This document shows positions 27,790 through 39,672 of a stretch of DNA of 64,000 nt, in pieces (within the stretch, counting starts at the first letter, position 1; each line of letters begins with the position of its first letter). The notes under the pieces are model-generated. The model was not told the DNA's origin and did not search any database. It worked only from the letters and a program-made list of their open reading frames with translations. The DNA is from Chrysomallon squamiferum. Lineage: Eukaryota; Animalia; Mollusca. The stretch is from assembly GCA_012295275.1 (NCBI GenBank), contig CM022665.1:14136001-14200000 (forward strand), given 5' to 3'. A program made the position numbers and the translations under genes.

Positions 27790-30700
27790 CTATGACAAAT
27801 TTTCATCTAGTTCTAAATCTTTGAAATAATTTATTGCTGGGCTCAGTGAGGAGTTTAGTTTTGTAATTTTTGGAGGACTAGTTTCAGTTACGTTTCCAGA
27901 CGATGCCTGTCTTTTCATGAAGTCTGCTTCTATCTCACCAGATGTTTCATTGTGAGAAGTATTCAGACTGCCTGTTGCAACCACATCTCTTCTATTTTCC
28001 ATGAAAAAAGAAACATTGTGTTGATCTTTCTGTTGTGAAGGAAAAACCTCTTCAAACTCATCCACCTCAAGACCGTAAGTTGTGACATCAACTTCTTCAA
28101 TCCAACTATCGTCACTGTCAAATAAATGCTCCTCATCAACAGCATTTTCTCCATTTTGTACAGCTGTTTCAATACTTTCCTGGCTTGCCCAAATTCTCTT
28201 TTGACATATCTGTTTAAACATAATTATTCTTTATGATATTAGTTTTAAAACAAAATTATTCACATAATTGTGTGTATGTATCTGTTTGTCTTTTTGTCAG
28301 TTTCTTTCTTCTTACCACATGTTGGTGCATGCTTCTTTTGTGTGTATGTGTCTCTCTTTCTCTATCTCCCTCTTCTTCTCCTAAACCTTTTCACCTTTCT
28401 CCTCCCTCTCTTTCTCTTTTTCTCTCACCTTTTACTATACCTTTTTGCCTCTCTTCCTCCTAGCTCTCTTTTTCATTCTCCATTCATTTCCTACACTCTC
28501 TTCTTCCCACTCATAAATACTAATTAATAATTACCATGACAGATTTTTCATGCTGTGATAAAACGTTTTTGAGTTTTTCCTGCAGACTTGTTCTTCTTTC
28601 ATCATCCTGATGTTTCACAGCTGCATTTAGGCAGTCAAGAGTACCTACAATATATACAGATTTGCGTCCTCTTGTGACTGCAGTATAAACATGTTTCCAT
28701 GTCTGGTAACCACATTTTCCTAGCATGTATACAACTGTATCAGATTCAGAACCCTGGAAGGTAAAGAGATTAGTAAATTACTAACAATAATAAATTATTA
28801 CAATATAAACAAATTAATAAAAAGCAGAAGAAGAACAACAAAGAACAAGAAACTGCTTAATCTGTTGCAAAGTCATTTTTACTTTAAAATGACAGAACAA
28901 TGTTCTTCATTTTATGAAACTCACAACTGATACCTTATTAAATAATGGAGATCACAATTGGTAAAATAACTGAATTAATAAAATGCAGAGCCAGAAAACA
29001 ATAGTCTGTTTAATGTCTTTTTTCATTTGTCTACCTGATATGTATGTATTGTCTTTGCCCAAGCATGCCTCATTTTGCATTCTCTTCTTAAATCGTTGTA
29101 AGTGGCACATAAAATATTTTCTTGTTCTTTATATTTGTCTGACAGTGTTAAGAACCTAGTCATCTTTCCTTTGATGCATTCTTCCATATCCTGAAAGAAT
29201 ATGAGAAGAAAAAATACTGAAATATTATTTACTAAAATACTGTGCTTTAATTAAATAATTTAATTTCTTTAAACAGTCATTTTTGTTTCTTATTTTCAGT
29301 GTCTAAATATTATGTACTGCACATACCAATTATATTCTGTTAATACATTTTTTATTTTCAAATGTAAATTCCAATGGCCTTATTATTTCTGTGCAATCCA
29401 TTATATTCTTAACAGTAATCACAGACGTCATTTATCTGGAATTCAGGATTTTAGCACTATCTGAAAATCATTTCCAAATTATTATTTTTTTCTTTCCCAG
29501 CATTCATCCATTTGTTGGTTCATGTCACCAAAGTTATATTTCTCATGAACCAATATAGCAGAATATTCAGTAAAATTTGTGCTCACAATGACAAGATCTA
29601 AACTACACGATTACACCGAAAACTTTTCCTCAGATGCCAGGAAATCGCATCTAAGTAAGTCAGATAAAAACTTTTTCTGTGGAAGACTTCTGGACTCCCA
29701 TCTTGCATCTTCGGCATTCACTCACCAATCTTTTGATTATCTGTTATCCAGTATAAAATTATGCAGATTTTTTGTAATAGGCCTGTCTCATCTCTGAATA
29801 ACATTAAGAATAATTAAAAAAAAAGAAAAAGAAGAAGAAACTAACGAAAAATAATAATTATAATAAAACTAACGATAATAATTATTATAAAATAATAAAT
29901 GAATAATATAACACTTACATCAGTTATGAAGAAGACATCTCCATTATTAATCTTCACTTCTGAATCACATTTAATGTTTGTCTGACACATTTTATTGTGA
30001 GTTTCAACAGAGTTTGTCTTTGAATTATCTTCTAAAACAACCATTTTATTTTTACCCTCCAATCCAGAATCTTTATTGCTGAATTTATCACTATATCCAT
30101 GCTCTTTGCAGGGTATTTCATTTTTATTACTGAATTTATTCTCTTTGCAAACTGACATGTTTATTAATATAGATGACCTACAGCTTTGTGATTTTGCTAG
30201 AAAGGAATTATCTGATTTGGCATGTTCTTCCTTTTTGTTCTTAATGTCTAATAATCTGTTTAAGTGATTTTTGATGGATCTGTTTCTATTCATGCAGACT
30301 TTGTCACCTAATCTGAAGTCATATTTGTTTTTATGGTTTTTCAGTGTGTGATTATTGTAATATTTGCAGCAAATTTCATTTATGGCCTCACAGTCATGTC
30401 TGCAAAATTAAGATACAAAGTAATAAATTAAAATTAAAAATAAATAATGCAAAGTATAATAGGACAGAAAAAACAGAATAGAAAAAAAAAATGTGGCCCT
30501 CTCCCACCTGTGTTCATTAGCAGAGAAGCCTGAAAATACAAATTTAGATTACGAAATTGATTATTCAAGAAATCTTGTATACAATATATATATAATTTGT
30601 CAATATCTGAAAAACTTCATGCCACTTACCGCCTGAATGACACAAACTGAGATGTCACATGGTCTTTGACGTCTGGTGATTCATTCAGTAACTTTCTTAC

Positions 30701-33700
30701 CATAACATCTCTGTCTGTAATAATAATAGTCCGTTTTTTATGGCAAGTATGCTATTTTTTACACAGATTGAAATCAATTTAGTTGGTCCCAAAACATTAA
30801 ATTGTTAAAATCTCACCCATAATAAATAAATGAATATTTGGTTTCCTTTCTTTCTCAAAACAATTTAAAATACTTGCATCTATTACAATTACAACAACAA
30901 TCATCACCACTAGTATTACTACAAGTAGTACTAAAAATAATAATAATAGTACTGTTCCATAATAATATAAAAATAATTTAGTCTAAATATTCTCATAGGA
31001 GTTGCTGTTTCTGTCATGAAGGTTAATAATCAGTTGTTAGAGACATACAGTTTACTACAAACACAGTAAAGCTAGCCTACAACAGTCATCTTCTGAATCA
31101 GGAGTAACGAGATGAAACCTCTAAAGCATCAAACTCGGGAATCTGTTGATTTGAGATTCGTGTTGCATTCTCCACTATCAGTTTTGATTCTGCTCGATGA
31201 TTGGTTGTGAGTTCCACCCCAAACTGGAGATGCTGTGCTAAATAGAAAATGTCTGTTAGAAAATTTCCTGGTTCAATGGAGGGCAGCTGTCGAACATCTC
31301 CGAGCAGAATTATCTTTCTCAGTTCACATTGGGACAGTAAAATATTCAAAATTGTTGCAAAGATTGTCACAGAAACAAGACTGCATTCATCAACTACCAA
31401 AACTGTCGTTTTACTGTGACTCCATGCTGATTGTTTTTCACCCATATTTTTCCATTTTATCTGCTCACGACAGTAATTTTTGTAGCTTGTGATGATGCTG
31501 TGAAGAGTATAAGATTTCAGACCAGCTTTCTGGCCAAGAAGATTTGCAGCTCTACCAGTAGGAGCAGTTAGAAGAATCTGGCTGCCAGTGTCTGATAATG
31601 AATGAAAATCACTGTCGTCATCAGAGATGGGGGTGGTCTGTGTTCCAACATGGTTACCCTCACGTTTCACATTAGATATGTCATACTTGGATAGAAATTG
31701 TTCACAGAGTATTGAATTTTCAGGGGGTTTTCTGGGGAGAAAAAAAAAAAAAAAAGGAATTTTAAAAATATTTTCAAATGTCTGTTATAGATACATAATA
31801 CTAAAATAGACATGTCCACACAAATGAAGTAATTTCATTGTCTCTTATACAGACTCCAGTACATGAAGCTATAAACACATTTCTAACAATTTGCAAACAT
31901 AAAAAAACACATGCACACACACACACTTCATTCAGGAAATGAAAAAAAATTCTACAATTCTTCATTAATAACCAAGCCTAAACACAATCAAGATGTCCAT
32001 TATCCATAAATGTATTTCAATATACCTCTGTTTACAGATGTGTTCCAGGGTCTTTGTGACAACAGTAGTTTTTCCACAGCCTCCTTTACCAGAGAAAACA
32101 GCCAGTGGGCAGTTACATATGAGATGAGCAGCCAACCACTGATCTTTGTCATTACGGATGTCATCAAAATCTGGACTGCAAAATTAAATATAATTACTGT
32201 GTAAGGTGACTTTAAGAGACTGCTAAGGCTTTGTGAAGAGTTTGTTTGTCTTTGTGTGTGTTAACTAAGTGATATATTTGTATTTTGTGACTTAGTGAGG
32301 GAGAGTGTAGAAAGGATTTTGATCATGTCTGCACAGTCATATGTTACGCCAGAAACAAAAACAGAAACTAATAAGCATACGTCACACCTCAAACTGGAAT
32401 GAATCTCATTCCATGAGAATCACTATCCACTAATGCAATAAGATGTCACACTTTCATGAACTTTAAATGGATGCAATATTCTACATTATTCCATTTACTT
32501 CTTACTGAAAATGAAATTTAGTAATTCTATTTAGTAATATTTAAAAAATTAGTGTCTTTAAAAATGTAATAAAGAACAAAATGACTGTTTAACAACACCT
32601 AAGCACAAAGAAACATAATTAGCTACTGGATGCCATCAAGAAGAAAATGTTTTTTAATCAGTATAAAAGGTTTATTTATATTTTAAACACTATATAACAA
32701 ACATCAAATAAACAATATTTATCACAACGTATGTTATAATTTATGAAAAAAAGGCTTCATAATTTATGTAACAAGTGATTCCACCACATTCATAGTTTAG
32801 AAGACATTTTATAATTTGTTGAAAATCAGGATAATCCAACCAAATACGATGCACTGTCAAAACACAGTGATCACACTAGGTGGATCACTCTCCTTTAAAT
32901 TAAAAATACAAGTTAAATAAATATGATCAAAACAACATCATCCTTCACTGGCTATGTATTGGAAAACTGCAAATTACCAAGACTGGTTTGACTGAATGGT
33001 GTTTTTTTGTTCTCACTTTGTTCCAATGTTTTTGGCACTCAGACAATATATATTCGTTAACAGAAAGTTTAAAATTATTACATAGGATACTCACCTACGG
33101 TAAATTCAAAACAGCCCCGACTACTAAGCATTCCTTTTCATTGCCTCTGTTATCAACATGATTAGATATCTTATAAAATACTATATTCTTTATAGAAAAT
33201 GAAATGACTCGTGCTTTTAACACCATTCTAATTAAGAAGTGTTCCAGAGACACAAAAGTGAGTCTGTAAAAATACTGAATTTAGATGCATTTGAGTGTTT
33301 ATTTTTTCCAGATCATTTATTACACCTATATTTCAGCAGCACAAAATGTGTATTAAAGTTATCATGTAGAATATTTAAGTATTTATGACATGCCCTTATT
33401 AGCTTTCATTTCTTAATGACCCAGTGTTTTATTCTGCATGAGACAATTTTGGGCTGTAACATACAAATCCAGGACAACTCCCACTCCATAAAGACAGTTT
33501 TGGATAATTCCCCACTCCTAATTTTTTATATGTCTTTTACATGTTTATCAGAGTATTATTTCTTTGACTGCACTTGAGTGGATGATTGTGTAACTGAACA
33601 TGATTGCACTTGGGAAGGTGATCCTCGATTACACCTGGTTGATCTTTGTGTGTACTAAGAAGCCACAACAAGGTGACTTCTAACTAATTGCCAAGATGAG

Positions 33701-36700
33701 ATCTTTATAAGGGGGCCAGCGTACCTGGTTCATTCAGATAGATATTTCTCAATACATGCTACATATATATTCAACCATGGAGATCGTCAAAAACCAACTT
33801 GGTGGTTTGAAGCTAGTACATGAAAGCTGTATGTACACTAAGAAGTACATCTGGAAGAATGTCAGGTGGGAGTGTGCCAATCACTATGCATTCAGCTGTC
33901 TCGCTACAGATACTGAGGTAAATATTACATGATTATGTTCATTGATTGGAGCTTGGACATATATTATATTTACTCATTTATTAACTCTTTTTCTCCTGTA
34001 TTGGATGTTTTAATTGATTATTATTAAAAGACATTAAAATATTAATTTTAATAATTGATATCATTACTAATGGTCATTTCACTTCTTATCTTTCCAGATG
34101 AAGGCTGTTATCAGCTCCACACAACATAGCCATGATATTCAGGATCATTCTGTTGCAGTGACCAAACTATATGCAACACTCAAGGAACATGCTGCAGGTT
34201 CACGTGGTACACTGAGTCAGCTACTAGTGACCACACTACTGAGACCTCTGCAGAGGTGCGTGCTGAATTCAGTAATCCTGATACTCTTAAGCATTCTTTC
34301 AGATGGGAATGTGCCAAGACTATGCCCATCATTCTTGATTTGGAGTGGACAATCACTAATGATCAGGAACAGTTCCTCATCTAAGACAGTGGAATTGATT
34401 CCTCTGATAGGATGTTAGTGTTTACTACTGACAATGCCCTGCATCACCTCACTAGTTCTGACTCCTGGTACATGGATGGAACATTCAATGTTATGATCTG
34501 CATACCACTAGGTGAGTTGGCTGTGACCTGTATGTATGTATTCCTGCAAAACAAGTCCACCTATGAGGAATTGTTCACTGCCATACAAGACAAATGTACT
34601 GAGCTTGGTTTCCAGACTGATCCCACCATCATCCTTGACTTTGAGCTAGCTTTGATTAATGCTGTGATTATCCTAATGCAGGCCTCATGGAGGAAGATCC
34701 AGACTCTTGGTCTTGTACAGCAATAGAGAGAAAAGAAGGACAGGAAACTCTTCTGTGGCATGCTAGAGGGACTTGCATTTTTACCAGTGGATGATGTTCC
34801 TGAGGATATGACATATCTACGGGAGCACAGACCTGGACTACTTTGACAACACCTATGTGTCCAGAGCCTTCCGTTGTATTCATCCCCCACAACTTCTAGA
34901 ATGGATCTATCCCTCCACTTAGGATACGTTGCATGCCTCCAATGTACCCACCACCCAAATGGAACATCAATTCTATTCTCTTAAAGGGGATCAAGAACAA
35001 ACAACATATGCGAGGGATAGAACAATGCCTTTGCAAAGCTAGTTAGTTGGACATGCACACCCTACCATCTGAAGAGCCATTGATAGCATTCGGAAAGATC
35101 AGGCCCAGGTTGCCACTGCCCTACTATGTGAACTGTGTGGTGAGCCACCAGCAAAGCATGTAAGATGCCACAAGCACAAACTCCAGTCAAAGCTGCACAA
35201 ACTGTGCACTGACAACAGCAAGACTGGCCATTGTGTAAGATTTAAGTAAATCAAGCAGTTTTATACGTTGAAACTAATGAAAATTATTGTTGATTACAGC
35301 TAAATAAAAAATACTAATTCTGTTCAATACTAATGTGTGGAGTGGGGAATTGTCCAGTGGGGATTTTCCGTAGTGGAGAATTGTCCTAGTGGGAAACTGT
35401 AGAGTGGGGAACTGTCCGTTTACCGAAACAGACATATACAACCAGAAGTTACAAATTTTCTAACAGGAAATATAATTTTATTTTATTTAACTGAAGTGAG
35501 AACAAAAATTGTTTTCAGCATGGATCCTTGCTTTAGTTTAATCAGAAACCTTTTACTGATCTAGAGCCATATTCACAATTCTATCACTATGTATAAATAT
35601 ATCGATAATATGTTGCTGATAAAATGTTCATGATTTTGAAGGTATCTTTATGAATGTCATCAGTCTACAATATCACTACATTAACAACAGATACAGTCCT
35701 GTTGTTAAGTCTGTTTTTATTAAAGTTCTGTCATAATTAATCATGACATGCACTGCACATACTATACACTAAATAAAAACAACATGCTGATGATCACTAA
35801 AACCATTTGCTAATACTTAGTTTCTGGCTCTGTCAAATTTTGGACTGTCTTCATGCAGTTGGTCAGCAATGCTTACTTGCTAAATAACTATTAGTCCATG
35901 ACACAAGTCAAATTTAATACCAAACTGATGAACACATCACAGGGAATTTTTCATTAAGTGTTTTATGTGTCATTTTCTGTCATTTTAAATTAAAGTATCT
36001 TCAGGCCAATTTTCTTTCTGAATCATCTATAGTGGTTTACGATGCATTCATGAAAATGGTTAAATCAAGTTCTTCTGGCATTTTGTAACTTGTAGACAAT
36101 TTATTTTATAAAAATGTTTGACATTTTTCTACAGCTGTTAACAAAAGCTGCTATTAGACAATAAAAACAATTTACAGTTCTTCAAGTGGTCTCTGGTCTT
36201 TTCAGAATGCCTTTTTATTATTGTGCAAGGAGTCGGATAATTTCTCTTCATGTCTGAGTTGGTTTTAAACTATAATTTTATGCATGGTACAGTTAGCTGT
36301 GATGTAAATAAAGATTAGTGTACTTTTTCTGTAATGAAGCTAACATATATTTTAACTTTATTATATCATATTGTATACATGGCAAGTCAGCATACATGAA
36401 AAATATGAATATTTATTGTTTGTCTATGGCAAAAAACCTTTTTAGATTTAAACAGAGGTAATTAATGTATCACAGGAAGATTAATATTATAATACCAATA
36501 TTTAGAAAATGTTTATTTAAATTTGTTGTTGGTTCAGGTACAACATATAGCAAAATACTACATAAGAAGGTTTAACAAATGATGTACTTAGTTATAATAT
36601 GAAGAATATTTAGTGCATTAATAAATATTCACAAAATAACTATAAATAAATAGATATGTTCCCCAATTTAGTACTCAAACTCCAAATTCAGGGTTCAAAT

Positions 36701-37379
36701 TACACACATGCAGTTACTGTATGAAACATACACTGCATGGGTAATGACACAATGATTCTCTTCATTACAACATATGTCAATGACACTTTTGACCAATGAT
36801 TGGTCACTCTGTCAGTATTTTGTCATTAATGCCATTTCATGAGGTTGCTATGTCCTAATAACTGATCTTTGGGAACATGGACCTGATCTGTTGATGTAAG
36901 TTCTTAAATTTAAAATATTCAGAATTTTTGTAATCAAAATCTCACCTGGAAAAATCCACTTTCCATTTCAATGGATCTTCAGTCCCTCTGACTAGCAGAT
37001 GTTCAAGACCAAAAGCAACATCATTTTCAGCTTTCCAGTTTGAATATAAAAAAATATTTTGCTGTTTGCCTTTTACTTCAATATGAACCACATGGTTTTC
37101 TTGTAGAAACTCTAAAGCACTTTTCCAATTTCTCACAACATATGTATTGAAGTAACGCTTTGCATACTTCAGTTTGTTGAGAGGAAAATAGGTGTGGCCT
37201 TTTTGTCGAGCATCAAGTTTGAGAGCCTTGTAGATGTACAGAGCATCTTCTTGTGATGGTGGAATATTTTCCATAATTCCAGAGTTCTTATACATTAACA
37301 GATCTGCTTCCATGCCTGTGATTTTGTACTTTTTAAAAAGAATCTATTTTGATTGGAAAAAGAATGTAATTAATAAAGA

Positions 37380-37421
<42 letters not shown>

Positions 37422-39672
37422 AATGTATATATCTTTATATTTTTATCAACAAACAACATCCTTTAAAATGCACTCTAAAAAAGTATTGTATGCAGGTATT
37501 TGCTATTACTAATGTAAATTTAAAAGCATTATTATAGCTAATAAGAAAAAAAACTGAAATATAGAACTCCTGTCTCAATTTTAAAAATGTTTAATAATTA
37601 GCAGAATTTTCCTTTTACAAAAACAACAGTAATTCATTTTCTATTTTTGGTCTAAATATTTATGTTTTGTGGTTACAGTGAAAGTTTTAAAATATACTGG
37701 CCTGTCTGAAGCCAAAAATCCATGGTGAATCAACTACTGCCTGGTTGAGTTCAGTAAATGTTTCATCATTATAATCACTGGTAACTAGCTTAAACAAATG
37801 AAACGGCAACAATGTTGCTGCCATTTTAAATAACTCTGGAAACATCATGGCAAATCTTACTATTCTTCCTTTGCCTAGATTACAAAAATAAAAATATAAA
37901 ATAATAATATTTTCATGTTTTGTTTAAAAAAATGAAAAAAAAAATTCTCATAAACTTGATATCTAAATAATTAAATAAAATGAAAAAGAATTTACTGAAG
38001 TAATATTTTCCCTGAAAACAATTTTATATAGGAAAAAATCCAGTTAGGTTGATATAATTCAAGTTTACCAACCAAGCTTGCTAGCACAAATCTACTTCAT
38101 AATAGGCATATATGTAATATAAAATATTTCTTACAGGATTTCCAAATGAGTGAATTTATGTATTTCTCTTTCTCTTCATCGTCATAACAAAACTTCCTAA
38201 TGTTTTCTTCTAATGTGTCAAAAGTCAAATTATCATCATCTCCTCTTGTCCTGTGAAAATAATAATAATAATTATGATAATATTAATAACTATATCTACA
38301 GAAATCATTAAAATTTTATTACACTTTTGCTTTATCATCTTTGATCAAGAAGCCTAATTTAATGTGGGAAAATATGCCTCAAACCTACATTTCTTCTAAA
38401 TGCAGTCATCAAAAATACTTATTTAAAGGCCAGATACTGATTTTAACCTGTTCTAATGGCATTACAGCCAATAATATTTATCATTTTACCATAATTTGCT
38501 GTTTTGTTTACTTACTTAAAATTTTATTACACTTTTGCTTTATCATCTTTGATCAAGAAGCCTAATTTAATGTGGGAAAATATGCCTCAAACCTACATTT
38601 CTTCTAAATGCAGTCATCAAAAATACTTATTTAAAGGCCAGATACTGATTTTAACCTGTTCTAATGGCATTACAGCCAATAATATTTATCATTTTACCAT
38701 AATTTGCTGTTTTGTTTACTTACTTTATATCATTAAGTAACATATCAATAACAGGTTCATTGCTGCCATTCACTCTTGTTGCATTTATCAAAAACTGATG
38801 TACGAGACGATGTTTACAAACCAATGAATCTCTGCGGAGGTCATATGTTGGAAAACCACGACCGTAGAGTGTTACTCGTTTTTTCAGACATTTTGATGTA
38901 ATGAGCCACCATGGATCAATAAAAACAAGACGAGCTACTAACAAATATTGTTGTTCCCCATCAACACTGCTTACAGTGACTGCAACAACAACAACAACAA
39001 CAAATAAAATAAAAAATATATATATAAAAAAATAATATAAAAAATAAATAAAAAATATAAAAATAAATACAAATTAAAATAAGAAAATAAAAAAATATAT
39101 ATATTTAAATTAAAATTTATATTCAGTCTAATGTAAATTTCATTTTAGTCAAGTGTAGGGGACCTAACACAATTCGACATTAAATATCCAACTGATTCCC
39201 AGATGTTAGCAGGCTTTATTAATATAGTGTACTTCTAATCAGGCTTCTCATTCATCATATTTATCCTGTTCAGTAAACTGAATAAAATTACATTATAACT
39301 TATTCACTCATTTTATTTATGGCTCCATCTTTTTAAAAGATATACTTAATCATAATCTAAAAGTATTAATGACATCATTTTAATTATTTTATGTTCATGT
39401 TTGAACTTATATACAAATACTGTAATTTCAACCAAAACATCAGTATGTTCTTGTTAATAACAAAAACCATCACCTGTTTGTTCTTTTTGTTTTGTAAACC
39501 TGATATAATTTACTCCATCTTCTACTGCTGTCATTTCAGCAAAATTAGGCCATATATCATCAACACCGTCATCATCATCATCATCTTCTGTATCACTTGA
39601 ATAATTTTGATTGGGAACAGCTTTTACATATCCAGATACAACATAAATATCAGAATGAATATGCTTCAACAT
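27790..39672 (-). CDS. HELB: DNA helicase B (RecD2-like SF1B helicase), 12 coding exons, one apparent +1 frameshift
   Basis: Exons on -: 39672-39474, 38979-38724, 38250-38135, 37874-37702, 37343-36946, 32175-32026, 31731-31081, 30714-30630, 30399-29919, 29190-29035, 28753-28535, 28209-27790 (3304 nt = 3n+1, ~1100 aa). Motifs: Walker A SGKGGCGKTT, LLTAPTGRAA, Walker B LVVDECSLVS, LLGDVRQLPSIEPGNFL, ELTTNHRAES, HAWAKTIHTYQGSE and HVYTAVTRGR, all matching vertebrate HELB as I recall it. An in-frame TAG lies upstream of the ATG at 39672. Confidence 0.93.
33466..35424 (+). mobile_element. Decayed Mutator-like (MULE) DNA transposon with FLYWCH + MULE transposase, in a HELB intron
   Basis: ATG at 33777 gives MEIVKNQLGGLKLVHESCMYTKK..VRWEC..FSC; after an intron (33918-34097) comes HSH, completing a FLYWCH finger. 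Then frameshifted MULE motifs WYMDGTF, ILDFELALINA, LAFLPVDDV and RTNNICEG*NN. Subterminal repeats GGACAA(C/T)TCCCCACT on the left (33471-33518) are inverted as AGTGGG(G)AA(T/C)TGTCC x4-5 on the right (35341-35418). TATA-like box at ~33705 and AATAAA at ~35303. The left end is approximate. Confidence 0.88.
37381..37419. repeat. (CA)n microsatellite
   Basis: About 19 units in a HELB intron. Confidence 0.95.
38308..38723. repeat. Direct tandem duplication, 2 x 208 bp, in HELB intron
   Basis: 38308-38515 and 38516-38723 read identical by eye. The ORF track shows the duplicated peptide IKKPNLMWENMPQTY at an offset of 208. Confidence 0.95.

Noticed and set aside
29579-29797. GC-richer patch in a HELB intron with a minus-strand acceptor near 29794
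   Set aside because: Gives an immediate stop in the required phase, and the flanking exons join correctly without it; no support for a poison exon.
32390-33250. Possible additional repeat fragments upstream of the MULE, including CGGTAAA at 33098 matching the MULE right end
   Set aside because: The match is only 7 bp; boundaries and family cannot be supported.
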